From the NCBI RefSeq assembly GCF_009914755.1, contig NC_060927.1: a stretch of DNA of 64,000 nt; one strand, 5' to 3'. The translations under genes were made by a program, and so were the position numbers. The notes under the pieces are model-generated. The model searched no databases. It had not been told where the DNA came from and saw nothing but the letters and a program-made list of their open reading frames with translations. This document shows positions 1 to 14,397 of the stretch, one piece after another. The DNA is from the human T2T-CHM13v2.0 reference genome, Homo sapiens. Numbering within the stretch: position 1 is the first letter of the stretch; each line of letters starts with the position of its first letter.

Positions 1-599
1 CTTTCACTCTACTGTTTTAATTGAATATTCCAAATGCTTCCATGAAGGTATTTTTAATCTTAGTTTTAACTATCATCAGTATAAAACTTTTAAAAAAACT
101 TTTAATAATGAATCATTTATAAAGAATGTATCCAAGGGGATTTATTCTATTCATATTTTGCCCTACTACACACCCTCATCCCACATGGCCCAGCTAAGCT
201 TCTTGTGCCAACTTTAAGATATCAAATTTGAACTCATTTCCCAAGTCTGGGCTAAGCTCCACATTTCCCCTACCAAATCCCTACTTTCCTGGTGCTTGGA
301 GGAGAGTGGCAAAGAAGACATCTGCTTCTCCCTGCCCCCTACTTCTTAACCCATAACATCCTCAATAGCATCAGAATGAAATTAGCTTTGTCATGCTTTT
401 TATTCATTCACAGATTGCATTAGGAAGAGTTCTTGCAATATTTGGAGAATAAAAAAAATTGATTTCCCTAAATATTAAAAGGTGAACCACAAATCTATTG
501 ACCTTTTATAATTTTGAGTTTTCTAGCAAAGAGTGTTGATTTTAGATTTAGTTCCACCTCTCACAGAATAGTGTATTTTAAGACAGCATTAATTTTGGG

Positions 600-625
600 T
601 TTTTTTTTTTTTTTTTTTTTTTTTT
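600..625. repeat. poly(T) tract (26 nt)
   Basis: Uninterrupted T run, followed by GCTTTCACAG. Confidence 0.95.
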
Positions 626-1116
626 GCTTTCACAGGCTTTCAAGCTTTCATTTTAAAAATACAAAGTGCATCACCCCAGTCCTGACGTGAGAGAGCAAAA
701 CTAACATTGTTGCTAAAAATCAATGCTAAACCTGCCAAGTATAATTTTTTTGGTGTTTTAGTATTGAGGCATTTTTTCTTACATGTCTCATGAGTATATC
801 TTTGTTTCAACCTAAATGCCATAAAATATTTTTCTTGTTAAAAATATTGTAAAGAGATTTCTGTGACTGTAAATAGCACCATGGTTTTTTTGACCTCTAA
901 ATAAAAATGTTAAGAAATGTAACTATTTATTTGAAATGGCAAATTTATTTTTTTCTCATAATATAGAAAGTCAAATTTAACCTGTCTTATTTTTAACGCA
1001 ATTGCTCGTTGTTCTTAATGCACCTTGATAACTCTTGGTTTAGGAAATAGGCAAATTTACATTTGTTTTCATTGCTGTTGTAATAAAACATTTATTTCAA
1101 AGTGGTAAATTATACC

Positions 1117-1131
1117 CACACACATACACAA

Positions 1132-1171
<40 letters not shown>
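1117..1171. repeat. (CA)n microsatellite
   Basis: Direct reading: about 19 pure CA units plus an imperfect lead-in. Confidence 0.95.
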
Positions 1172-1173
<2 letters not shown>

Positions 1174-1849
1174 AGAAAAAATATGTATCAAGTAGTGGCC
1201 TGCCATTTTGGAAATGTAGCTTCCAAGTCTGAGTTAATGGAGTAGCATAATGTGAATCTACTCTTAACTAGGGAAATCTCTTTGATTCCTAGAATTATTG
1301 TTATCCTTTTGATTTACCTTGGTTTAAGGTGTAACACAGTTTTAAGTAAGTATTTTTCTCTGTTATGGTATGTTTTCCACATTTCTATGGGTCTGAATGA
1401 GAAGAAAAGTAAAAATACTCTATGTTTAAATCAGTAGTACAGAAAAAAATATAAAAAATTGATTCATACTTTGGAAATAACTAATTTACATTTGAATGCT
1501 ATGAAAGCATTCATAATTTCTTCACATATGCTTACAAAACCTTCATTCGTCACCTGTTATTTCTCTTCTGAGAGCCAGTAAATTCTCGGGAAGTTATATC
1601 AGAATATTGAAGTTCTAGGAGTCTTTTTTGTGAATTTCTGATGAGGATATTTTTAAAATGATGATTTGAGGAGCTTCTCTGTTAAACACACATACGTGTT
1701 TTAGAATAAAGCATGACATTGTGAAAGAGAAAAAGACAAGAAAAGGTTAAAGCAAGGTGATAGAAATGGGTAAACGCGGTCTGGAAGCCGGTGGAAACAA
1801 TCACCAGTGAATTGTCTTGTCATTGGCACTGCTCAAGTCCTGGTCATAC

Positions 1850-2040
1850 ATCACTTCACTTAGTCTTCCTAAAAATCCTATGAGGTAATTATCCTTTTAT
1901 TCTTATTATCCACTCTTTCTAAATAAGGAAACTGAGGCACAGAGATAACTAGCCCGTGTTCTCAGAGTTAGTAATTACAGAGATTGGATTGAACATACCA
2001 GTCTGGTGCCAGAGCCCAGGCTCTTAGACACTACATCTTG
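1850..2040 (-). mobile_element. MIR SINE fragment
   Basis: Reverse-complement MIR core AAGGAAACTGAGGCACAGAG ... GCCAGAGCCCAGGCTCTTA. Confidence 0.75.
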
Positions 2041-2059
2041 CTAACTCTCATTCTAAATA

Positions 2060-4480
2060 TTTCATTGGTAAGAACAAAACTCAAAAAAGAAATTACAAAA
2101 TGCCTGAAATTAAATAACCATGAAAGTTACAACAAAACTTGTGGGATGGATCTAAAGTTGTGCATAGAAACAAGTGGTATTCAGTGCATTAAAAACATAT
2201 GAAAGATTAAAAATAACAGAGTAAGCATTCAAATTAGACTCTAAAATATAATAAACTTTAAAGTAGAAAGAAAAATGATAAAAAATAAGAGCAGAAATTA
2301 GTTAGTGAGAACTTAAGATAATCAAACAAATAATAGAGAATCTCGACACAGCATAGCTGAAGAAAATAGATTCTTAGACTAATGACTGAATTAACCCATC
2401 TAGAAAACAAACACAATTTTAAAAAGCTCAGAAAGAAAACAAAAGATGTAATATTAGAAACAAAAAACAAAGTTAAAAGGAAAGTAGATATTTAAATATT
2501 TTATAAAAATAATGTGTTTTATATCAATAAATTCAAATTATTAGTTTTGATGGACAATTTTCTAGAAAAAAATTACTAACATTAACTCAGTGAAAAATAA
2601 AAATTATATAATAAGAGAATAATTTGAGAAATTTAATTATTAGTTAAAAGTAATATTCTTCCAAAATCATGATAGAAAATCACTATCTTCATTTGAAAAT
2701 GTTTTAACTAATAAAAATTTACAGCATACGTATGTGGAAACTGCAGAAGCAGTCCCATTAAAATCATTATCATTGGAAGAATGCCTATTACCACATCTAT
2801 TATTTATAATTTTGCTGCAGGTCCTAATTAAATTTTTAAAATAATGATAGGAGTAAAGAAACTTTGGGAGCTCTCAATATTTGCCAGAAATATGATTGAC
2901 CAAACATGAAATACAAGAAAAGTGATAAATCTACAAATGAAGGATTATAACTAATAAAGTTGAGGAAGATTTCTAGACATAAAATAAATATGAAAGGATA
3001 CAATAAATATTTAAAATTCAATTTTCTGAAAATTAAAACATACATTGGGCATGATTCCTATAAAAATGTCAATCCTGCTTTTTTAAAAACAAAAGTTGAG
3101 AATTCTGAAATGAAAAAAAGAAAAAACAAGTTTGAGAAGAGTAAGATAATTTTAAAGACAAAACGGAAGGTGTAGAGAATTATCCAACCATGTATCAATA
3201 TTTCCGTTAGAGCTAAAACATTCAGACGGACATTAGATCCAAGGTAGATAAATAGATAAATAGAATAACATATAGAATATAGGATAAAATAGAATAGCAT
3301 ATAGAATGTAGTATAGATCCATGTATACACTGAAACCTGTCAGATGTGATAAGTAATTTTTCAAATGAGAGGATGGCTCTCTAGAAAAATATAGCAGGTG
3401 ATGAACCAGGAAGCTTTAGTAATTGTATTTGAAGAAATTATTAATGCTCTTCTTTTAAAAATTGCTCAAGTATGTGGCTAAGAGTTTTTTTAATGTCAAG
3501 CTCTCCATGTAGGAAAATACTGTTTAGCACCACACAAAAGAATTCATGATGGATTAAAGAGCTGTGTGAAAAATGAAATTATGGAATATCTAAAGAAATA
3601 TAACAGCGTAGTGAAGGATATCTTAAATAAAACACAAAAATCAGTGTTCACAAGGGAAATGATGGATCCATTAACTACGTTAAACTTTAAATTGTGCATG
3701 TGACAGAAAAACCATAAACAAACTCTAAAGCCCATACTAGGAGAACATGTTTGTAAGTCAATTCTGCTGTAATGGTCTTTGAAAACGCAAATTCGTTCCA
3801 ACTCAGTTGAAATAACTTAAGCATAATGAAGATTTCATGTTTGCTTATATGTGATTATATCTGGGGGGAAAAAAAAAAAACTAGGTGGAGAAAAAGCACT
3901 GCACCGAGCTGAACCAAGCAGTGTAATAGGACACAAAATACTCCTCTGTAGACACCACAAACATCTACCAGCTCCCTCAATTCACTGCGTGTGTGATAAT
4001 CCACATCCACCCACATCTGGTGTTATAACTTTGTTTGATTTCAGATAACCTTATTTCCCACCACTTCACATTAGTGAATGGGCTGCAACCTGTCTAAGGC
4101 CCAATTCCAAAAGCACATATCTGCTCTTGGATAAGATGAAGTGTTATATTTATTGTAGTATTTATGTATTTCTTAACCATTTAACAAATGGAAAACTGTG
4201 CCATAATTTTTAAGTTTCCATTGTTTTAAATTTGTTACTAATGAAGTTTTTCAGTGTGTGTCCCGATTTTATCTTCTTTATAAACCCTGTGATTTTTATT
4301 GCAAGATTTTGCATACCGTGGTGATTTGTAGCAAAGTTCATATCCTGTTACGGCAAAACTATCTGTATACAGCACTCATATTAGTAGTTGCAGATTGGAT
4401 ATATATAAATAAACATAGAGAGCTTTCTACAAACCAGAAATAAAAAACAAACAACATTGTGGAAAAAATAATATGGTAGA
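2060..4480 (+). mobile_element. Ancient L1M ORF2 fragments, interrupted by a Tigger element
   Basis: A-rich degenerate L1 ORF2-like sequence (e.g. CAAAACTTGTGGGATG, ATGGATTAAAGAGCT); it resumes after 4367. Boundaries approximate. Confidence 0.6.
3755..4365 (-). mobile_element. Tigger-family (Tigger13-like) non-autonomous DNA transposon
   Basis: Degenerate terminal inverted repeats AGTCAATTCTGCTGTAA / TTACGGCAAAACTATCTG with flanking TA. The right end resembles the recalled Tigger13a terminus. Confidence 0.6.
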
Positions 4481-4793
4481 TAAATAAATGGCCACAAATT
4501 ATTCGAAGTTTCTCCTACAAAAAGAGGGAATCTATTTTTGCGTCTTTTGAATCTTGGCATGCCTTGTGATTTGTTTTGACGACTAGAATGTAGCATCTTC
4601 TGGGATGACCGTGTAGCTCTTAGTTGTAAATAAATGTAGCAGAAAAGTTTAAGGCTGAGAAATAAACGTCTCACTTTCTTCCACCTCCTACTGGCTCTTC
4701 CAGTGCCATCTATCTTCTTTGTATAGTGTTATATGTTGTTATCAAATTTTCCCATCTGCTTATGTAAAATTATGAAATAAAACTGTCTTATAA

Positions 4794-5159
<366 letters not shown>

Positions 5160-6638
5160 TAATCAGTTGCATCTATTTCTGTGCGTATTCAATTTAAACA
5201 ATTATCCCCATGTCACAATAGATTGGAGAAAATAAGACAGTAGGAATGGGAGTAAAATAAGAGCAAAGATAGGTCCTTGTTATTGTATCATAATAGAAGG
5301 ATAAAGAATAGAGTTAGTTTGGTTGCAGTACTAAAAGAAAGCAAGCTATGAATGGTAGAAACAAAAAACAAGTGATAAAACTACACACATGATTCTCCGT
5401 GGTGGGATAAAAAAGAGCAGAAAGAATAAGTCAAAACAGAGTCAGTGACAGGAAAGGGAGACACAAAGAATTATAAGATGACAATTTTGCAATTTAATAT
5501 GTCTTAATTTAGCCATATTAGGTGGAAGATGATGGCTGGACTTTTCTTTGAATGGCCAACTTGCTTTAAATACAATAAGATAAGATACTTGAACTCAGAA
5601 GAAATTTAGGCTAAAGATAGAGTCTCTTCAGTGATCCTCGCAAAGATAGTCATCACCTAAGAGCAGATGAGTTATTTGTGGAAGAGGAATATACACAGAG
5701 AACAGAGAGCCAAAGCTTGACCAGCAGAATGTATATTATTCACTTTTATATCTAAACTGCACAGCAACTTTTTTAGAGTCATTAAAATACATACACACAT
5801 ACACACACAGGTCTGCCATTTCTGCAATTTCTTCCTAATGCACCAGGCATCTGTCTAAAGCAACAGCCAATGAGACCAGGAGATATTTTTGATAAAGTAC
5901 ATTTCAACCTCAAAGGTTCCAGCTGTCCATGGTGCTATTCCATCTCAACAGATGGTACAAAGGGCTTAGAATGTTTTTCTTGGATTGTAAGATAGAGTTC
6001 TTTAAAAGATTCCTTACAGGTAGTTACTTTCACTGGCATTGCACTTTAATGCAAAAAAATACATTATTTGAAACTTAGTAGCCATTTAAATGGAAAGGCA
6101 AGATCTTATTGAGTCAAGAGTCATGCCAATACAGTCATAAGCTATGATTTACTCTATGTTTTATTTCTTTTAATGTCTTATAAGACAGGATTTTCTCCAT
6201 AAAGAAAAAAAATAGATTTTTAAAACTGCATCACAGGATTCAACTTATTAACGTTTATTTATTTACTCAAAAGTTTTTTAAAAGCTGTAAGGGAATTAGG
6301 ATTCATTGTTAAGAAGCAGCTTAATTTAATTTTATATTTTACATTAACGGTTTACAAACCAAAAATTTCTCATAGTGCTTGGGGAATGATACAAATATGA
6401 GATTTGCATCCACATTTTCTCATTAAACAATTGACCATTAACAACTACTAGCTATAGAACAAGCCCATAGACACATCTCATCCATGGCTCTAAGCACAGT
6501 TTACTCGAGTTACCTGAATCTTATGCCTAATTTCCTTTCTTGATGCTTTTCCCCTGTTTCCAGATAGATCGACCTTGTATTTCTTTGAAGTTCCCCCTTT
6601 TTTCCAAGTACCATAAGTGAGACAGACAGGCTGGTTGG

Positions 6639-6945
6639 TTTTCTGTTGTTGTTTTTGTTGTTGTTGTTGTTGTTGTTGTTGAGATGGAGTCTCGCTCTGT
6701 CGCCAGACTGGAGTGCTGTGGCGCGACCTCGGCTCACTGCAACCTCCGACTCCCGAGTTAAGCGATTCTCCTGCCTCACCCTCCCGAGTAGCTAGGACTA
6801 CAGACGTGCGCCACCACGCCCTGCCATTTTTTTGTATTTTTAGTAGAGACGGGGTTTCACTGTGTTGGCCAGGATGGTCTCGATCTCCTGACCTCGTGAT
6901 CCGCCCGCTTTGGCCTCCCATAGTGCTGGGATTACAGGCGTGAGC
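6639..6945 (-). mobile_element. Alu (S/Y type) with (GTT)n tail
   Basis: Both monomers present; the tail has become (TTG)n. Confidence 0.93.
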
Positions 6946-6960
6946 TGGTTTTCTATTCAA

Positions 6961-7769
<809 letters not shown>

Positions 7770-10507
7770 TAAATATACCGCTGACCATTTGAGACCTTTA
7801 TTCACCAACTTGGAACCCTATTTTACTCAGTCATGTAAAAGCCACCAAAAAGATCGTTTACAGCGTTTTTTTTCCCCCACTCTGTTTATTCCCACTTTTT
7901 GATAGCAAGACTCTACTCCATATCAAATTTTTAATTTTTATTTGTCCTGGTAGCTGTTCCTTTATTCTTCTCAACTTAGCCAAAAATCGCAAATAATTGC
8001 TCTACACTCACACATTTTATTTTGTCTTACAGTCTGTTTTTAAAGTTCTTTTTTTATTTCTATCAGGAAAACTCACTTTTTTGTGTGCACATTCTGTGAA
8101 TTTTGACACATGCATATGGTTGTGTAATGAACACTGTAGCAAAACCTGAAATGAGTCTCTCACTCCCCAGTTTTTTTTCCATGGCCCACGTTAGCATCCT
8201 AAGACTGTTACAGCAAATTACCACAAATATAACGGCTTCACACAACAAGTGTAATAGATATACATTCCAACATATACTGTTATATTTGACATTGTTACAT
8301 AATTTTTTAATGTTTCTCCATAGTGTCAATAAATATTTCATTAGAGACTTCAGGATATTATTGTATTTGTTGAAATATACTATATTATTTCTACTATTGT
8401 GAATAAAAATGATCAAATAAAACTAAGAAATCAAGACATATAATTTGTATACATTATAGGTTATATTGTGATGAAAGTCCATCTGCAAATATTATTTTAC
8501 GTTTTTTGAAATTATATTATTAAATGAATAACTAGGATTACTAATTATTCCAATGTTGTGCCAATATTTATAGTTCATGTTATGTATTTGTCATGTTGCT
8601 TTCCAAAAGTCTGTATCAATTTTAATACCATTAGCTCTATAGAACTATACCCAGTAATTGCAAACTAGATATATACTTGGTGACAGATTTTTTTAAAGAA
8701 AACTTTTAATGTAACTTAACAGATTTAAAATCTTAATTTAAGTTTAACTTACAATATTTTATTACTAAAAAGAATGAACATTTCCTATTTGTTTTTTCTT
8801 CTAAAAATCTTTTTTTCAGAATAAAGCAGAATACAAATAAAAATGAATAAAATTAGTTTTTCAAATGTTTTATCTGGTGTCAATTTCTTTTATACACTTA
8901 TACCATTTATCTATTAGAATTTTTATTTTCCTTCTTTTAAATATGATTTATATATTTATTTATTAGAGTGATTTAATTATTATCTAGAAAAGAAAATGTA
9001 ATTTTTCCAAGCTGTTGTAGTACTTCAATTTTTAGCATTATATATCACTTCATACATTTTAAAAATTATGTATGTATATAGCTATAATTTTTCCTTTTAC
9101 ATTGTTTCTGCTTCATTTCATAAAACAAAGATATTTATTATCTAATCTCATAAAATAATCTTAGATTTTTATAGCTTTTATATGTTATTTAAAAGCTATA
9201 AAAATTTTATAGCTTTTATAGGAGTTTACTTCCATATATAGTATTAAGGGATATAGTAATAATTTTCTGTTACTATTAAATATATGTTAATCTGTTCTTG
9301 TTGCTTTGTTTTGAAAAGCTTGCATTACCATGTTAGGTTTTATATGTATTTCACTAACCACTTATGGGATTAAGATAGGAGATGTGACTTAAATTATATT
9401 TTTAAATTTAAAACATCATGTCTAATAGAAATTAACAAGATTCCATCAAAATGTGCTATTAATACATGTAGTCATGGACAACATGTATCCTATTAAAAAA
9501 ATGGTAAATGTTTGTCATCAGAAAAATTATTTAAGAGAGGTGTGGTACTGTTTCTGACTCAAATAATTGTAGCTATTATTTTGTATCACCCTCAGTGTAT
9601 TTCCTTACTAGGTGGCATACTTTTATCTGGAATATAAAAATATTGCTAACCAATATTTTGAAGCATTCATAAAACTGCACATATAGTTTATAGTTCTAAT
9701 GATTTGATTTGATGTATACAGATATGCTACACTGTTACTGAATTGGGTCAATTCAACTAAATCCATAATCAATCACTTTAATGGTGTTTATCTAGCAGTC
9801 CCTTAAGCTCACCAGCAGTTGTAGTTTATTGTAATACATTGATACCCTATTTTTACCAAATGTAGTTAGAATTATATATATGAAAATTGTAAAAGGTAGC
9901 CCAAGTTACCAGAGACACACTGACTAGCTTTTTATCATTCTTTGAAACTTGATATTGGAAATCCTGGTTGTTTGAACATTACTGGAGTTAACCTAAAGAA
10001 TGAAAATAAAAACTGCTCTAAAGAATATGTTCTTCATTTATTCACATTGTGAACATGGTTGGATGTTTATTCCGCATTTATTCGTTCTTCGCCAGTTCAA
10101 ACAGAACTCCAGTTTTATTTAGGTACTCCTCCCTTACCCCCACCTCTATTGCCGTACTCCCATGCCACTCAGAAAAATCTGAGTCCACATTCAACTCATC
10201 AGGGGCTCATTAGAAATGGGCCTGATGAATCCAATTTCATTCTTGTTAGTCACTGGCTCAAAAATCAGCCTTGAAGGAATTTCAGAAAGTAAGACCAGTG
10301 TGAGTTGGGAGGACAATGGTTTTGATGGGAAACCTTCCTCTATCCGAACAAAGATGAACAAGAAGGTACAGCCTCTTTCGCTCATCTGAATATTGTTATT
10401 CAGGTTTATCCCTTGCCACCAACTTGGAAATGAGACTCAGGCTCCAGAACTGCACATTCAGTGAATGACCCTCCCTTGCCACTTCATGTTACCTGAGGGT
10501 TTTAGTA

Positions 10508-10942
10508 TGAGAAAGCAAAGTGGCTCAGAGTAGTCTGAGGAATGTGGGGTGTGCACAATTTATCAAGCTTAGACGAGAACAAGACTTCAATCAGCCCCAC
10601 CCACTCACCCCTTTTCCCATATTCATGCCAGGGAGTAATTGTTTAATGGTATTTTTTTTTCTTTCTTTCCTCCTAGTTTCAGACTAGCTGATAAATTACC
10701 TCAAATGTGACCCACCCATTATCTTCATGTCCCTGACATGCGTGATAAAAAGAACAACATATAGCCTATAGATAGATTATATTAATGAACCAATGTAAAT
10801 TCTTGGTTTAAAAATCTTAGGAACTGCACTCTTTTTTTTTTTTCTATAAAAACCCACTTGTAAGTGCTGAGAGGCTGCATTCCTCAATCTTGGTCCGAAT
10901 AAACTCTCTACTTATATCTCAGTTTCTTCCTTTAGGTTAACA
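10508..10942 (+). mobile_element. Solo LTR (LTR47-like)
   Basis: TGAGAAAG...TTAACA ends, TATAAAA, and AATAAA near the 3' end. Confidence 0.6.
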
Positions 10943-11216
10943 GGTGACAGTGAGTATCAGAGGTCTGACTATTCTGGAGATGTAGCTTCAAGCCACATTC
11001 CCCAGTTTTCTAACTCCACCTACCTCTGTGAGAGTGAGAGACCTGAAGACTTATTTTTCCATCCCCCCACCTTGTGTCTAAGACTGATCTGGATGCCTCT
11101 ATACAGAGCTAAATGTTAAGCTTTATTTATTTATTGTTTGTTTGTTTAGGTGGAAAAATAATAAAACAGATATATCTGTCTCTTGCAGAGTAAGATAATT
11201 CTGAAAGCATAACTCA

Positions 11217-11658
11217 TGTTAACTCCAAATACCCGAGACAGGTCTCAGTCAATTTGGAAAGTTTATTTTACCAGAGTTAAGGACACACCCATGACACAGC
11301 CTCAGGAGGTCCTGATGACATATGCCCAATGTGGTCGGGGCACAGCTTGATTTTGTACATTTTAGGGACATTAATCAATATATGTAAGATGTATATTGGT
11401 TGGTTCCAGAAAGGCAGAACAACTCAAAGCAGGGAGGGCGCTTCCAGGTCATAGGAAGATAAGAGATAAACAGTTGCATTCTTTTGAGTTTCTGATTAGC
11501 CTCTCCAAAGGAAGCAATCAGATCTGTATTTATCTCAGTGAGCAGAAGGAAGATTTTGAATAGAATGTGAGGCAGGTTTGCCCTAAGCAGTTCCCAGCTT
11601 GACTGTTTTTTTTTCAGCTTAGTGATTTTGGGGTCCCAAGATTTATTTTCCTTTCACA
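11217..11658 (-). mobile_element. MER4A-type ERV1 solo LTR
   Basis: GACACAGCCTCAGGAGGTCCTGATGACAT ... TTTATTTTCCTTTCACA; 4-bp TSD CTCA/CTTA. Confidence 0.85.
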
Positions 11659-11922
11659 CTTAGATGAATTATTATGTTAACCCAAGAATGAGAATGCAGA
11701 GAGACAGAGAGTCTGAAAAAAAAAATAGAGGAAACTTGGCCTACCGCAGAACAAAATTTAAAAATAAATGAAAAGCAATTGCTTGAGGGTCTTAGAAAAA
11801 CATTAACTTTAGAAACACTTTGCTTTTTTCTAACATATGTGAAGTACACTGTTGCTTGCTAACTTTTATTTTATTAAACTAAAAATTGAAGATTTAAATA
11901 ATATTGTCTTATATTATTGCCT

Positions 11923-11940
11923 TATATACATGTATGTGTG

Positions 11941-11985
<45 letters not shown>
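11923..11985. repeat. (TA)n microsatellite
   Basis: Direct reading. Confidence 0.95.
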
Positions 11986-11988
<3 letters not shown>

Positions 11989-12019
11989 TAGATTGAGTAC
12001 ATTTATAATTTTTAAAAAA

Positions 12020-12514
12020 TGACAGAGCTGAAGCATTGCCATCTTGGACAAGCACTGCCATTCTAAAGTTCCCCTTGATCAAAAACTGCCTAAATCCAAA
12101 GGGCATCAGTCTAATGGCTAAGGTCAGCATGACTATAAACCACAAATAACATCTCTGACCAGAAACATTCCAACCATAAGATAAACTCCTCCCCCACCAG
12201 AGACATGCCAGCCCTGAGATAACCTCCCCTCTGGCCGGAGAGATGTCAGCCCCAAGATAGCCTCCCCTCCCACCAGAGGCAATCCAACCCCACTACAAGC
12301 TTCTCCCTTACACAGAAACATTCCAAGCTTGTGATAAGCTCTCTCACCCTAAAAAGCCAATAAATGCTCTTAGCCTGTAAGAGAGAATGCTCCTGACTAA
12401 AATCGGCCAGAAGCCCCTCTCAGGTTTATTCTCCAAAATAAACCTGTCTTTGACTTTTGAGCCACTTTTCATTAAAGAGTTAAAGAAAGAAAGCCTCTTT
12501 CTTTAACTCTTACA
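12020..12514 (+). mobile_element. ERV1 solo LTR (MER41/MER66-like; subfamily uncertain)
   Basis: TGACAGAG...CTTACA ends, GCCATCTTG motif, internal CCAGAGA repeats, AATAAA; AAAA flanks on both sides. Confidence 0.75.
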
Positions 12515-13065
12515 AAAAATAAACTTATGTGTACTGAAAAATAGAAGACTGGTATTTAGAGGGAGAACATGTCTTTAATTGTGGAATGTAACAAAAGAAA
12601 TATTAGGAATTTTAATTTCTGAAAAAGCCAATGTTCTTTGTTTTACTCTTTTTTTTTTTTGCTTTTACCATTATGTAGTATGATAAGAATCAGCACAAAA
12701 GAATGAAAGATAACAATGTCTTTGAATATAAGGTAGACATTCAGTTTGCATAGTTGCTGTTTTCTTCTTTTTAATCTACCTAATCATTTTGTAGGTAAAG
12801 ATTTTAAAAAGTCAAAATTATCTTTTATTTCATTTAGATAGACAATAGATTAGTAGCCACTTTGAAAGAACCAACTTTAATATTCTTTAATTAATCAAAA
12901 TATTAATATATATAAGATCACAGAAATGAATACTAAAATCGAGTAAACTAAAGTACCAATCAAGAAACTCTTCCCCAATGTCCCACCCAACACATCTAGG
13001 GATTTGATCTTAAGACTTGATTGTTCAGATAATTACTTGTAGATCTTTGTTTTGTTCCTTCCACT

Positions 13066-13225
13066 AGTGTTCAGTGAAGCTCAAATTGCCCTGGGCTTCA
13101 GGACCATCTGAAGATCTTGTTAAAATGCAAATATCTGGTCCATCATAGGCTTACCAAAATAGAATCTCAGCAGATGGGATCTTGTCATCTGTTTATTAAC
13201 AAGCTGTTCCAAGTGATTCTGATCC
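13066..13225. mobile_element. MER5-like hAT MITE
   Basis: CTTGTTAAAATGCAAAT ... AGAATCTC ... TTAACAAG ... GTGATTCTGAT motifs. Confidence 0.55.
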
Positions 13226-13496
13226 ATCCCGAGTCTGATTCTGGTCTCGCTAATTATTTTAGGTCATCTCTGTAAGTTTGGTACCTTCTTCCCCTTCCCC
13301 TGTATTGTGGGGAAGCTACATATTGGTATACATTAACATTGGATAATTTAGGATCTTCAAAAGTAAAATGCTGTTTTGGTTCCCAAAAGTATAAAATGGT
13401 TAGAAAACATCCAGAGGTGCGGTTTGTATGGATGTCACAAAAATATAAGATGCCAAAATCCTCCTATCTTGTTGGCCTCTGATAAGAAAGGGCTTT

Positions 13497-13757
13497 TAAT
13501 CCCAGCACTTCCGGAGTCCAAAAATGGATCACCTGAGGTCAGGAGTTTGCAACCAGCCTAACTAACATGGTGAAACTCTGTCTCCACTAAATACAAAAAA
13601 ATTAGCCAGGCGTGGTGGCACATGCCTGTAATCCAAGCTACTTGGGAGGCAGAGACAGGAGAATTGATTGTACCTGGGAGGCGGAGGTTGCAGTAAGCCG
13701 AGATTGCACTCCAGCCTGGGCAACAAGAGCAAAACTCCATTTCAAAAGAAAAAAAAA
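13497..13757 (+). mobile_element. AluS, 5'-truncated with small deletions
   Basis: Alu dimer; approximate TSD AAGAAAGGGCTTT / AAGAATAGGCTTT. Confidence 0.9.
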
Positions 13758-14397
13758 GAATAGGCTTTTTGTGGGCTATATACATGTGGGTCAAAATGTA
13801 CATTTGTGATCACTTTGAGAATAAAATCCTGTCTTATGAAGGTATTTATTCTCTTAGGTTCATATTTGTGTTTTCTGTTTTCTCATCACTCTAAGAGTCC
13901 ACTATCACTAGGATTAAGGATCTTAGACTACATGTCTATGTGAGTTATGTTAGCTTGGGAATTCTTAAAAGACAGAACATGATTCTTACTCTCTTTATTT
14001 CTCAGCTGTTAAGGAAATTTTATCTTCAAAATATGGTAACCATCTTTGTCTGTTCTGGGTGGAGTGGGACTTATTCTGAATTTTATGTGATTATTATTGC
14101 ACTCTAAGATAGCATTTATTCATTTTGATTGTCAAGCAAATCACATTATTTTTGTACAGAGCTTGTAATTAAATAATATCGTGAAGACATTTTTGTTAAT
14201 AGGAACTACTTTCAGGCTATCTCCTTGCTGTATTAGTTCAATTTAGAAATTTACATTCAGTTTTATATTATTATTTTGCTTAAGACACAATATTCTAAGG
14301 TTTTAAAATAATTTTGATTGCTAATATTCTCATCAGTATATTATCTAAGTATTATAATACTTTGTTATTTGAAGGTTTTATAAATCTGACTTCTAAA

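Noticed and set aside
6490-6960. 156-aa minus-strand ORF with a polyglutamine run
   Set aside because: It is the sense translation of an Alu; the poly-Q comes from the (CAA)n Alu tail.
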